From the NCBI RefSeq assembly GCF_022539665.2, contig NC_081331.1:1054001-1118000 (forward strand): 64,000 nt of DNA. The letters are read 5' to 3'. Below, in pieces: positions 26,278 through 41,200 of the stretch. Source of the stretch: Daphnia carinata. Its lineage: Eukaryota. The notes under the pieces were generated by a model, which worked only from the letters and a program-made list of their open reading frames with translations, was not told where the DNA came from and searched no databases. How positions within the stretch are numbered: the first letter of the stretch is position 1; every line of letters starts with the position of its first letter. A program made the translations under genes and the position numbers.

Positions 26278-29200
26278 AAACCAATGAATCTGCTAATTAC
26301 ATACAGTCCCTTTTCTGTTTATTGCACTTATATTATATCAATTGCACTTATGAAAGTCAACCTCACTGCAACGAACTCTTATCATCTCCAACTTCTATGC
26401 ACACATACTGAATTTCTATATTTTTAACAACGCATATGAACGTTAATACATGCCGTAAATGGCGATGGATATGTAGACAGACCATCACGCATCAACTTTG
26501 TACTTGAAGCTGTAGGCGAGAGCCTGCAGCTATGCAAATTTAACTGACGGAATATACTCGGAGCTCTATATGCATAACCTATACAGATCAGACAAGGGTA
26601 GAGGTATAACATCTTTCACCAAAGCCAATACTATTAAGACATCCGCAAATGATGGAGAAAAAAAGAAATCGATAAAATGCTATATCGGAAAAACTGCTTT
26701 CGTTTGACGCACGAAAGCAATAATTAGATCTATCTAGTTAAAAAGAGACAAGTTTTCTTTTAAGAATAAATTGGAATTCTTTATTGCGTAGGAGCGAGTG
26801 GTCTAATTTTCGACAGCTTGAAAGGAAATGTCTCGTCCAAGGGATGTTCGGATACCTTTGTACAATGTGGGATAGTCTTACCACGAATTCGCATTCAGGA
26901 AAAAGTCAATAGTGAAAGCCACCAGCGGTATATGGACACGCATTATTGATGGGCTGAAATTCTGCATGAAGTGGCACAAATAAATGGTTCGTCAAAATGA
27001 GATGATGGCGTGCGATGGCTGACGCGTTTCGCACGAGCAGCTGCGTTTGCCATCGCTTGAATAGATTTAACTCTGTATAAAGCTATATATAGGAACCAAC
27101 GTGTCTAGAGATCGAAACTTATTGATGCTCCAAGAGTCCTATAATCACTGCGGAAGAGGTGACAAACAGGAGCGCGAGGAAGGAAAAAATCAGCAAACAA
27201 CGCAGAGTGACAGTCAAGTGGTCCATCCAGCTTATATAAATGTATATCTTCAGGCCTGTATATATTTACACTTGATGAGGTCTGTATACTTAAAAAGTGT
27301 TTTTGCATATAGATTTGACGAGGCGATAGAGAACAGAAAAGATGAGGACAAAATGAAAAGAATCGATAGATGTGTAGTCAAGGATATTATTTAGGAGGCA
27401 CGTATAATGTCATACTGTACACGTATGAGGAGAAAAAGTGACAGGAAAAGCACAAATCAATGTTCCTTCTGTTGGCCGGCATCGGAAGAGCCAATTCTTT
27501 CCGTAATAAAAACGCCCGTCGGAGACACAGAAAAAGGACTGTCATTACGTTACACAGTATATTGGGACAATAGAGATCATTTATATAGGAGGAACATGAC
27601 AAAATAGCGTCTAAAAAAAGCACATACAAATGAAATGACACACGCACAGAGATCCGCACAACGTCCGCAAAATTGGCCGACGTCGTGATATTGATACTTG
27701 CTCTGCGTGTAAAGCCGTCTAGACTTTTATGTGTTTCGTAAATGTATATATAAAATGCAAACGTTTAATCAAACAGTTGGTGTGTCTGTCGAGATCAGCT
27801 GTATACGTACGTCATGTGATGTAACTTTATTGCGGATTAAAGAAGAATTTAATTCACCATTACCTTATCGTGTACAGAGTATGGGAGGAACAACGTAGTT
27901 TCAAAATGTGGGACGAAGCAATAAAATACGGATAAATGCTGTCAATCGTATCGATCGTTTACAAAGCCATTCACATCTAGACGCGATTTTTTTTTATAGG
28001 GAGGGGTGCGTGTTGGGGCGGGTGTGTACGTTGAAAGACTGCGAAATAGAATCAAGAGGAAAACATAATAGGATTGTTGTTGGCTACAGATAAAACCTCC
28101 TATATAGGGCTTGCATTTTATATACTACGCTGGATATAAGGCATTTGTTTCTTATAAATGGAGGACGAATTTGGATCACGAGTTTCTCTCAAGTCGCGTG
28201 TAAAGGATTCGGTTTTTTTTCCATCCCTCTCCCAGAAAAAAAAACGTATAGACAAAAGCAACAATGTACACAACAGCTAAGCTGAAAAACAAAAACAAGA
28301 AAACTTAAAAATAATAAAAAGCGATGCTGACGTCATTATATATGCCTACTGGCGAGTTACATGTTATTGTTGGTCGGCATCGGAAAGGGAATGAAAGAAA
28401 TAGATGTCAGCAAATCGCTCCCTTACCATTGGTAAAAAAAAAGAGAAGAAGCAGATGAGACCAGCCTTCCGAGCTTGACAATTGACACGAGTTTACATAC
28501 AGCAATAGTACAGATGGCCGTTTATTATTATATGTAGGCCAGATTTTTGCTGATGCCCGGCTGTCACTTATTATGATGCTGCTGCGTATAGCCGATCAAC
28601 TGCGTTTCATTTCCGCGGAGCGTGCATAAATATATACGTATACATGTGTATGGATGACTGGGAGTGTATCATGTGACCTCCTCTTTGGGACGACAGGGAG
28701 AGAGCCACTATACAGATCAAATTATGTATCGGTTGTCAGCTGACGATGGCGTAATGATGACAGTTTTTTTCAGGCTTCTTTCGTATGGAAGAACACGCCC
28801 TTGTCCATCAGTTTGACAGGCTTTCTTTTGATATCCATTAATGAGTTGTTTGCGATGAAACGGCAAATGTACTTGTATAAGAGTGTGTTTGATTTCGTTG
28901 CCTAACAAATTGGAAACGAATATTTCCCCAAGCCAATTGTGATTGGCGAGTAGAGTGATGTCTGCCTCTAGACGGCCAGACATTTTAGCTCTTAATCATG
29001 CACAGCCTGTATAGGATTCAGCATAATTGGTGTATTTCATCCTTTCATTCGCTCAAATACAGAATGAAATTCTTGCCATTTTTTGGATGGAGCAACGGAG
29101 AAAATGGCCTATTTTCGTCACGAAATAGTCTGCATATGATGGGTATTCACGTTCGAGGTGCGTATACATGCAAATCGAGTAAGAATGGAAGAGAACGAGC

Positions 29201-32200
29201 AGCATCCGTATATGGCATTGTATGGGTGTGGTCTATTAGCAAGTCGAGACGAGTCTGCATCACATTCGAATCCGATTAGGGACACATACGCGGAATTGCA
29301 TCGACTCACAAAATTGAGATTCTTTTTTTTTTTTTAATTCTTAACAAGCTCTACGTAGAATCGAGTGTATACATAAGACCCCTTTAACAAACGAGAAAAC
29401 GATGAATCGAAAAATCATTATTGAGCGAATGTGATGCGTCATATACATATAGCCATTCAACACTAGCGAATCGCTGCCGGATGCGATAAAGGCAGCACGT
29501 GTATTCCCCCTGTTTTTTTTTTAAAGAAAAAAAAATTGTGTGTATAGTATATGTGACACCTCATGCAGCAATGCTGTTCTGTATATACTTCCCTTCTTTT
29601 TCGACAACAACAGGGAGAGAGAGAGAGAGAGATTACCAATATATAAATACACAAAGAGAAAAGACCCTGCGGTTGGTTTTTTTTTTTCTATTATGCCGTA
29701 CATATACAAGTCTGGCGTTGGCTTTAGACATGTTATTTTATTTTCGGGTGATGCGCACTGGCGTCGCACTCTACGCCCTGCCCAAAGACCCGACAACAAT
29801 CTCATAAGAAACCCGAGTTTGAATGCGCTGCGCCGACTAGTCGTCGGTGAATCGCCTTTCGGTCGTCATCATCGGTCCTCGTTTCCGCCAGTTCGTTTCT
29901 TCCCGAATCCGGTCACGTCGCGTTCAACCGTCTCGTTGCGTGCTGTGTGTCGCTCTTATACTTTCACTATATATATATACTGGGACGTGTTTGATGGCTT
30001 TCTGCTGATTTGAGTTGCTATATAAAACAGCCGTCCGAGAGTGAAACCAACTGACTGTTTATACTCGTGCACAGGATATAATGTGGCCGTTGCCCAGCGC
30101 AAGTTCCTCGCTCGAAAATTGTGTTTCATCAACGTCGTGTAACTGATACACTTTTGGGCCAGTGACCAGGGCCTTTTTCCCGTTGTTTTTTTTTTTTTTT
30201 TACTTTGTTGTGTGTCACTGAATTACGACCTTATGAGAAGAATTTCCACATTTTTTGCGATTGATAAACGAAGAAACATTGCACGTCCCGACTAACAAAT
30301 GCGTACCAGTTACGGAGCAATTGAATATTGAGTAATGCGCTTTACATCTGATGTACTATAGATAGAAAACGTATCTGTATCATAGTTTTTCATTACGGCT
30401 GCCGATAGATATCGATCGCATTTCAAGATTTGTTTTGTGTTGGCAGAGTTTTTGGCCAGCAAGGCACGTCAGCAGCATCAGGGTAGGAAGAAAAAAGAGG
30501 CAAAACAAGGGAAGTAACGGGTAGAACAAGCAAGCTTCGGATTATATAAAGAACAAGAGCGTCTGAGCAAGAGAGTGCACTACACAGCCTAAAATATTAA
30601 ATGAGGGGAATGCGAAAAAGAAGGGAAAAAAATCTATTAGGGATGTGGCTCTTATTGCCTCATGTTTTCGATCTCTAACTCAGAAGTTGAAAAAGATCAG
30701 AAAAGAAAAAAAGCGGACGGCAGATTTCCGTAGTTGCCCATGCAGACAGACTATCCATGTCATTCACAATAAAAAATTACGTATGTTTGTTTTATTTTGT
30801 TTTGCGTTCAATAAGAAACAAGAATAATTCACGTGCATTTCTGTCCTTTCTGCGCGTTTTTCTCTGCTTGTAATGGGGAGACTACGTCGTTGCATGCAGC
30901 CTTCAGCGCATACAAACGAATTGCCCTAGAAATTCTCCTTTCTTTTCTTGACACCGACACTGCTGTGGCCTTTACTTTTTCTCTTCGCCCTTATAAAATA
31001 TAGAATCGTATCCATTTTTCTTGCTTACTCAACGTATATAGAGATTTATATTTAGTTCAACTTGTATATGTAGGGAAAGACTATGGCAAGGCCGTTGCTC
31101 GGATCTCTTTCTGTCTTTATCAATAAACGTATCATCGGTTTCCTTTACTTTTTCTTCTGCAAAAGCACAAAACAAAAACTTTTGTTTTCTTCTGTTTGCG
31201 AGTGATTTTGTCTCTTATAGCCAGGCGACTTGCATCGCGTATTGTCCACTATACGTGCCAATCGATAAAAGGCGCACAAAATAGAGGCTCACGCTAATAA
31301 TCAAACGCTCGCCTGTACTGACAGTATATACAGCGAGAACTCCACTGAAGCATCCACAAGATTATCTGTTCGGCTACAGCAGTGGCTGAAAGCACATCAG
31401 CAAAAAAAAAAAAAAAAAAACCGCAAAGAAGGCAACAAAATCAAGCCGATGATATTTCGATTTTTGTACTAACGCACAGCCAATACAAAGTGTACCATCT
31501 GTCTGAGCTGATCAGCCACGGCTTTATGCGACCATATACCTGTGTATGCCAATGTGTGGTGAAATTTACTTATGAAATTAGGAAAAGCATTCAAAGTAAA
31601 ACTCGGACTTCGTAGCACACAGACGTAGGGGGGGAGTAACTAAATCCGTGTGGATTTAGACTATCGGATTGTGTTTTGAGGAGTATTTACACGTTACATA
31701 TAGCGATTGTGTGTAGTGAGTTGTTTATACGTTTCAACTTGTCAACGGTTTGTTTTGCCATTCGCACACGATCTCATTCTAAGTTTCTTTATAGGTTGAC
31801 GGAGCTGGCGGAATTGAGAACAAGCTATCTGGGAAACATCCCGACAACGCCCTTTCAAAAACACAAATAATATCTAAAACCTGTCACGGCGTGTTTTTTG
31901 TTTTTTTCGGAGGGTGCGTTTTTTTCCATCTTCGTCCGCTCAATCCTGTCGCCCAGCTGCTCTTCCATCTCCCTTGAGGGAAGGTCTCACTTTGACGCTT
32001 CCTTCGGATGTTTCTTTTTCAGGTATGTTGACTTTCATCTGTTTCGTTTTAGGTTACATCTTTCGACAATATTATTTTAAGGTGTAGTTGAAAACATTAC
32101 TTTCCCTTAACGTTTCTAGTCAACGTAGACGTTTAACGTTAAACATCCCGCTCGTTAAACAAACGAAGAAATGTACACTGTCTTGTGTGATGAAATCAAA

Positions 32201-35200
32201 CAATCAAAAGCCATCCCAGTAGAAAGACGAAATGTCATGAGAGAGTTGTGTTGCTCTCATTTGTTGTATCATAGGCGAGAAATTTGCCTAAAACAGGGAC
32301 ACATATAACATGTACCGGACGGACAATAATGATGAGCTTAAGTACTTTCGTTTTTAATCTAATGAACACGTATGTCTTCATTTATATGCAAAACATCCAA
32401 CTGAATGCAAATGGGCGAAAAAGTTAAAGGAAGTCAAGAAGGTGAATGTATGTAAAGTGCATTAGTTTGTAGGGGGCGATCGTTGCTACACCAATTGAGC
32501 GAATACAAGAATTTTAGCAGGTACAGGTCAAATGACATATTGCACAACGAACGTTGACGACATCAGATTCACCATAATCAAGTCTTGTTCGTACACGTAA
32601 TGTCGAAGAAGTAAAAAATGTTTAGGTTGTGAACTTTACGTGTGGATCACAGCTTTAAGGTCTTACAATGTCTAGCGAGAAAGGCTGAAAAAATAGAATG
32701 CACACTTGTAATAGAACCACGGCGTATAACTGTGCCTAATCAGATGGAATAACAAGGCCAAGACACATCAGAAGCTGCTGGAATAAGAAAAAGTCTTATT
32801 TTATATCCCGTAGCCTATTCTAGTTTGCCTCGACAATTCACGCGACAGCCGACATAGTCGCTTGGTATCGTATATATTAAAAGATGAAAAAAAAAAAATA
32901 GAACGGAGCCTTGCAAAACCTCGGTTCAGTCTCATATTAAACTATATTTATAGAGAATCCCTTTTTTTTTTTACTTAACATCTACATAGATTACAAGAGA
33001 TAGGGCCCATTTTTCTGATGCGCATCAATAGTTGGATGCGAGCATTCAATCTGGCGTTGTCATCTCGATGGGTTAGCTGTTCTTTGCTATACGCAGAATG
33101 AACAAAAAAAAGGGAAATATTTTGTAAAAAAAAAAGACAAGAAGAGCCGGAAAAGAAATGGCAAGAAAAACAGGAAAAAAAAATCAAGAAAATCTGGTCT
33201 AGCAAAAGATTCATGGAGTAAAAAAGAATAGAGACAGCCTGACCGACGATATGGCCCTTACGTATAGATGAAGGAGACAAAAAAAAAGAGTCAAAATAAG
33301 AAGAGGACGTCGGACACGCGCGCGCAAAAGTCCATTTGGGAACGGAGCCAAAAGAAACATATCGTCATGGAATAAACGTAGACATCAAACTGTATATGGT
33401 AGTAGAGAAAGAAAAAAGAAATGTGTCATAGATGGATACGTACACAGTGAGATATCTCGAGCCACATCTGATGTGGCCATTCCATTGACAGTTGCGATAC
33501 ATTTTTCAGTGAAGCTATAATTGCGTGCTGTTGCTGGCAGGGTGAAGGTAAACACCTGACTTCGGGGCGCAAAACATACAGGAACTATGTCTGACCATCG
33601 CAAAATACAAACATTGTACAGATATATTATCACAAATCATTTGCGAATTTTGCTGTGATTTCTTGCCAAGTTACTAGATGCGTGTTTTGATGCATCTGGG
33701 ATAATGGGCTTTATACGCTGCTATTGATGAACAAAAATCTAATTTTGGTATAGATGTACAGTATGTCATAGTATGAGAGATATTGTGTATACAAGGAGGA
33801 ACATGCAAACGTCTTTGAAAGTCTATATAGAATGGGTAATTGAATTCATCTTGAATTGATGAATAGAATCTTTTCTATACGCGGTATTGAGACATGTCCA
33901 GCCTATATAGGACAATAGACGGGGTAGCACACGAGTTAAAGATGAAATGTTTTTTTCATCAACATAGGCTGCCACTACATCAACACATGTCAGGGGGGAA
34001 GACATCTTGTGCATCCTCGTAATTTTTCTTACATTTTATTCCGAAATTTTATGTAACCCATCTCGATAAAACCGGATATAAAATCTCTATGCTATACACA
34101 CTCAGCTTATACTGTACAAATGTAGCGTACGTATAGACAAGATGTGTCTCTATCTATAACAGGCGATCTGTGAGTCCTCATTGATCATTGGCGATGGTCA
34201 GCAGACTTATGGGATATAAATAAACGTTTCTGAAAGTTGTTTTTGACGACCATTGCCATCAACCAATACCAAGTATAGGTAGATTTCAACCGAACCAATC
34301 GCTAAATTGATCTAGTATATGGCTCTTTACATATTCTGAGGCTTCAAACGGTAAAAGGTTTGGCTCATAAAGGAGAAAGAGCTGTACACAAAAGGGCAGG
34401 CAAACTGCTGTGACTCGTATGCTTGGGCCCTCATTTGGATTGAAGCGATACACAGCATGTGAGAGGCTTACTCGATCGCTAAATCATTTAGGTTATACAA
34501 TTTACCGTCCTTGATATCGAAAAGAAAAATGAACCTCATTTAATTGATTGTTCCCGATGACTTGCCACGGCTGACTATGCCGACCGTCTGGAAACAATTA
34601 ACTACATTTTTGGTAATATTCAATTCTTTGAATTTAATCGGATGACCTTTAAGTATCGATGTATAGAACACTAGACAGATAGCCGGACCTTCCGAGACAT
34701 TTATTGGGCGTCGAAAACAACAAACGGGGATCAAACGTGGTTCAATTTATATACAAGACAGGTGTTGAAATCAGAGGTTCATTAACGTTCACCACTAATT
34801 ATCTGTTAGTAGGCCTGACCGTAAACATATTGAATAGACATCTTTGATTCACGTTGCGTATCGAAAGATCGGCAAAGGAGGGAGCAGAAAGAGTATATCA
34901 TTCAATCTCATTAGCCCGTGATGTGCTTTTTAGATGAATATTGAATAAGCCTAGACTTAATATCAGCCCATGGCTCTACAGACGTGATGGATATAATGGA
35001 GGTCGTACACACGCTGTAGCCTCCAGCACAACAACGCGCTTGCGTTTCTTCCATCGTATAGTATAAATGTAGTTCTTTTTGTATTGTCATTTGATATGTA
35101 GTTCCATTATATTTGAAAACTAGGGTTCGACAAAAAGAAGGAAATAACAGAAGATCACATCATCAATTTTCACTGTACTCGTGTGATCTTTTCCTGTTGC

Positions 35201-38200
35201 AAATATAGCCATCTCTGTATGCATGTGACATGTGTATAGAGTAACAATGTTATGCTTGTGCTGTTGGCGTTTTTCTTCTCTTACACATAACAGCATCTAG
35301 TGATGAATGACAGTTGGGATATGAGAAATTAAAACGACCTTTTATTACGTGGGTTATTTTTAGAAACGGAAAGAACGACACAAACCAAAAACTGAATTCA
35401 AAGCAAATAGAAATGAAATCTATGAATGAAGGCTTCATCTTTCATTGGATGTAGAAGATGAATAAAAGGACAAAATAGAAGAACGTTTTGCATCATCCTT
35501 CTAATAAGGACCGACTAAAGTATATACGTGCATATATACCTAATTATTTTCTTGCTCTTGCTTAACTACTACTGATGTCTTTTATTGGAAATAGTTTATG
35601 ACGGGAGAGCTAGGAAAGACATTAGCGAACTGAAACTATGTATATAGGGACCAGTAGTTTTTCGATAATGAAAGAAAGTGTGGCTTAGACGAACGCACGG
35701 TGAGAGATGGGCTATATCAATTAGGCTATATAGATCCACTCAACTTTTTTTCAGGATGGATGTGATGAATTACTTTTATTCTCCTTTGTTTATCGGTGGA
35801 ACTGTAAGATGACGGATGCGTGGTTTCCCCTGGTGGATTCAAAAGTTTTCAACTGAAGTTGAAATCGATAAATTGAATCAAAGTGAATTTACAGGTTGAA
35901 TCGGCAACACGTTTTCAACATTAGTAGTTTTTTCGTCCCTTTGATCACTGCTGAATGAATGTAGCAAATGCTGGATTGAAAAACAAAAAAAAAAATAGTG
36001 GCAAGCCGAATGGCTGAATGGAGAAAAAAGCTTTCGTTCCATCTTGTCGACAGATAGGTTTTATCCTAATTGTTAAACATTTTTGCAAAGTATATACCAG
36101 TTCCGCGAAAACGTATTGTTAAAATCATAAGAGAACGCCATTCACGTAGGCATATGTTCTATAATGTAGTATACACGACACTTTAGTGTGAAACAGCAAC
36201 CTGACACTTTGCCGCGTTAGATTCAATCTAAATGGTTCAGCAAAGAAGACGTGCTATACGTTTTCACGCTCGTGTATGTGTGTGCTTACATTGCAACGAT
36301 GTCAACATCGTCGACAGCTTTACATATACACAGTTCCATATGTAATTGTATATTGATTCAATTATCTACGTCGAGGCGGCGTGTCTGCGACAAAACTACA
36401 AGGAATAACACCGAAACGGATGACAAGGAAATTGTCTGCAAAAGCGAGCCAAGAAAAGAATGGATCTTCTACATGGAAAATAATTACGAAAAAACAAAAA
36501 GGAAGCGTTCATCAACCACCACTCGTCCAAAATGAAAAATCTTGTGGGTTAGCAACAGCGCCCAAAGAGTGGACCAACCAGAAACAGTGCGCTATATAGA
36601 CTAGTTGATATAGATATATGCTTGTGTATGGAGCATCCAAAACAATAGGCTGTATACAATAATATGCAATTACATATAAAGAAAAGGCCAGCAGGAAATA
36701 ATAAATGCCTCCTTGGTTCTGGAAAATATATCGCGTTATATTAGCACCGGTGGAACGCCAAATACCTAAAGGAAGAGAAAGAGCAAACACTAAAGCACGG
36801 GATTTTCGTATGTTTATATGCATATAGAACCATCCATATTAGTGACGTGCACAGCAGTTAACAGCCAAGTGAGAATGGAACGAATTTAGGGAAAGTTTCC
36901 TTGAATCGAAAACGTTTTCCAATAGACGGACGCACACGCATTTAAACTGGAACAAGTGTATAGCCTAATGATCGTGTCGTTTAATTATGCAATCAAGTCG
37001 TTGGATTCTCCAGACGTAGGTATGATGGACTATGCGCTGTCCGCGTGAGAAGCGTAACGCGAACTGTTGACTCAGTTGCTATTTACATAAACTACATTGC
37101 GTACATGCTTCGCTAGAAATACAGCACTTGCAGAACTGTCACTCGTTGGAAGAAATCAAAGAATTGTCGGCCATCTATGGCAAACATGTCGTGGAAATAG
37201 GCGTCGCCTTCCGTGTCATCGAATAACCAAGAAAACTCACTTCTATTCGCATATCTTTTGCTCGTCAAAATTGAATGCATTTTCTATTCTTATTCCTATT
37301 CTTATTCGGATCTACAGTTGACACAAGTTGGGTTAAACGATGAAACGGAGAACGAGGAACCCATTTTTAAATGCCTATATATGATGGTTGGCTATCTGAC
37401 ATACTTGCCGTTCTCTATGTTTCTCCACGTTCCCTCCTTTACAGAAGGACGGAATTTATCAAACGTTCATTCCTTGATACGTGTGTATGTAAATTTACAA
37501 GTAAGGAGAAAAAAAAAGGCCTTTCAGTTAACTTGTTCCATGCATATGCGTCCATCAACAGCGCTACATGGGAGTGTGTATGTGTATACAAATGGTGGTG
37601 CTGGGTATACAGAAGTCTACTGTTGTAAATGTCCAGGGCGCAGTGACAGATGACAACTCGCCGGGCGTGGTGACGTGTTTTTATTGATTTATACGATTCT
37701 ATATAGGAAAAGCGCGAGACTGGAATGAGAGTCTCGTTCGCCAGTAAATACATTTCCCCTTCTGGGGACGACTAGATATATACAGTGCCTATAGAGGCAA
37801 TAAAGATGCTGGGGCTCGCTGATGGATAACTCAATGATTTGTCAACTTTTGTCCTGTATACCAATCGCCGCTGTGATTTAACCGGATTTTTTAGAAATGG
37901 CTTGAGGGTGGTCACGAAGCGTTATTTAGTTTCATGAAATGTAACAAGCATCGGACATTGTAAACCAATTTATTAGTAGCAGATATTGGATGTTTTGAGA
38001 TGCGTGTATATCGTGATGGACATTTTTCCCGAAATCTATACGCTGTAGGCGCCTGTGTGTATATACATCAAATCATGCGTCATAGAGAACTCCTTTTCAT
38101 TACAGACCTTTATGCTCGGTTCTTTGGAATACAGCGGGAAATAGCGGATGAAATTTTATTTTTGCCAGGAAGTTGATTGAAAAGAAAAGGATTATTTATC

Positions 38201-41200
38201 AAATCTGTACTATTTATCTTCTATACATGGGCATTGAGAACAAGTTTATATACGCGCATTAAAGTAGAGATATAGAAAACAGAGTATATCAGACTTTTGA
38301 CGTACATCAGCTCTCGACTAAAGATTCTGCACAAACTCTTTGATTTCTTTTTACGTCTTTCCCTTCGAAACATCTCTCTTCGTTTCTCTATATCTAGGGA
38401 TGGCAACATTATGCACCCGGCTCTTTATTTTACTTCCAGCACCTATTCAAATTCAAGCAAACGTTATGAAAAAGTTGTAACCTCACCACAACATCCATTC
38501 ATCGTCTTTACGTACATTTACTGCTGGCGTCTTTATGTCTAATATGCATAGGTCTTTTCGTTCGGCCAGACGCATTAAATTTGCCCACTGCTCTATATAG
38601 GTCTACTAACTTCCATTAGAATTCATACGTGAAACGTATAAAGGCATATGGCTCGTGTGTTCGCTTTTTCAAAGAACTATCGCTATTCAACTGTGTGCGC
38701 GCATGAAAGTAAGGAAGCATAATTATTAGCACAGCGTGCATAACAGATAAGGAAACATGCAACTTTTGCCAGACGCGTTATTACGCGAGAGGGTAGGCAA
38801 CACCTTTTTAGGGTCTGTCGGTGCCTTCTTTGATACCGAGTTGACATATAGCGAAAAGAACGACGTGTCGACTGTGCAATGCAAAAATGTGAGGGGGGTA
38901 AAAAGTTTGAAACAATGACAACGATATAGATTGGCTATAAGTTACACGACGGCATGTCTGTAGTCGATATATAAATGGGAAATGTTCACTCTCGGCAGCA
39001 CGACAGCAATGCCAAAAGATCGAATTGCATTGGGGAAAAAGGTCTCGCCATCTTTTTATATCGGCGTTCGGTGACAATATCGACGTTTGTAATGCAATAA
39101 CGGTATGTTGTCTAGATTGCACAAAAAAAAAGATCTTTCTGTGTGTCGATGCTGCGCACGGTGCATTTCCGTGTTGTTGTGTTCTATGACAATAATGGCG
39201 TCTGTGCGAATTGCGCGACGTCCTTGACGCTTTTGATTGTTACACAGAGACAAGAAGGCCTAAATATAGGTTTAGACTTACATACAGATTAACCCTAGAT
39301 GCTGCAGAGACATTGAATTCGTTTTTTTTTTTGTTTTATTTTTTACTTTTAAACTTGCTACTACCCCATCATCGTTGATAAGCGACGTACGTTTACGTGA
39401 CGGTGGTGTTTTCACCATACGACTTCCGACGACTCTGGCTAAGCGTATTCCCAACAAAAAAATATGACGAGAAACATAAGTCGCGTTTGATTGCGTCACC
39501 TTGTTGCCATTTCCATTGGCATTGGTCCAATGCTCGGAAATGAAAACGTATTGTGCTTTGGCTGCAGATCAAGGTCGGTGTACAAGTGTAACGCAATTTT
39601 GCTGAAATGCTACTAAGACAATCGCCAAAAATAAACACACACAAAAAAAAAAGGGAAAACTATTGCTAAAAATTTGCATTTGCTCCGCCTTTTGCCCGTA
39701 ATCGAAACCGATCCCCGGTAAACAAATGAATGGAAGGATTTTTTTTCGAATAAATTGATGTACGCCACGAATATAGAAAAAGCGATTCACTTCAGGAAAT
39801 GGAAACCATCTAAAAATCTTGGACTGTGTGTTAAAAAAAATATCCAAATCCATTAAGAGTAGATGAGATGTATCCCTATTCTTTTGTCCTAAGCATTTTC
39901 CCTAATTTTTACGGACGAAAGGAAAGCGGAAGCGAACGGCTTTATAATGCACACGCGGCCATCACGTCGTCTACATGTATCGAAGAAAAGCAAAAGAGAA
40001 GCCTACGATGTGTAAAATATTCATGTAAAAAGGACGAAGTGTTATCTAGGCTGTTCAGAAACTTGTCCTATACGCCAATCTTAAAGGGCGCTACTGTCTT
40101 TGTTGAATGGCATGTCTTTCTTTCCTTTTATTATTCACAGCAATCCTTTTTAGATTTCAACATTTCCCTGTATTATTCTTTTAAAAATACATATATATAC
40201 TGTACATCTAGAAATGGACAGAAGGAAGCGTTTGGTTTGCTATTGCCATGCACATGCCTGTATGGTAGCTAGCGCCCATTGCGTTGGATATAGCATAGCA
40301 ACTGTTGGACAGTTATATGTTTCCATCACGCATGTCTTTCGACCGAGTCCAGCAACATCTCTGCGAGCAAAACATATATTTAGGGCTCTCCAATCACAAT
40401 AAGTATATGGGTGCTTGGATACACAACATCTCTTTTTATTATGAGGAAGCTGCTGCGTAATGCACGCAGCTATACATGATGGACGTCTACCGCAGTAATC
40501 AGTTTTCAAGTCAAAGTAGGAGATATATTTATATATCTATCAAAAGATGCTATTCATAACTGACGAGTCCAAGTGATGAATACGGTTTGTTTTTTTAAAG
40601 GAGAGGCTTTTCTGCGCTCATGTCTAATAATTTTACATATAACAAGTTGTTAGGACGTTGCACTAATATTTGAATAGAACAAACAGAATTCGGTGGTTTG
40701 CGATGAAACCCTTTCGCAATCCATCAAGGAATTTTTTTTCTTCCCAGTCGGTTGTTGTAGTTGTTTTTATTGGTAAGTAACTGGTGACAGTGAGAAATAC
40801 GCGCCTCTCGCACTTTGCGCTATTATTTCAAGTCGGGGTCGAGCTGAGACACAAAGACAAATGCGTCACATCAAGTCTCTACAGACAACGCAGCAATGCG
40901 TTGACATGGTCCCCTTCATAAAGCGTTACGTGACAAAGAAAAAGAATTTCCTTCTTTATCTTCATGACTCTTTGAAGGGGTCAGCTACAAATTGTTGCGC
41001 ATTTTCGGTTCGTTGCAGTGGAAATAACAAACAAAAAAAAACAAACAGACAGAAGTAAACAATTCATTCCCCTTGAAATTGTGTGCCTTTTTTAGTTACT
41101 TTACGTTGACGTAAATTCATTCCCCGAAGAGGAAAACTTTGGCCTTTTCTTCTTTTAGTTTCACCGCAATTTTCACTACATCCGCCAACCGATCGGATTA

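Noticed and set aside
26320..26350. ATTGCACTTA twice, resembling miR-92 family 5' ends
   Set aside because: It lacks the GTCCCGGCC 3' part and any pre-miRNA hairpin.
27012..27056. Small hairpin GCGATGGC...GCCATCGC
   Set aside because: Too short and imperfect for a pre-miRNA, with no supporting context.
29540..30013. 157-aa ORF and other 60-146 aa ORFs between 15 kb and 45 kb and between 52 kb and 61 kb
   Set aside because: They are low-complexity translations of poly-A/T and dinucleotide runs, with no recognisable motifs or consistent splice structure.
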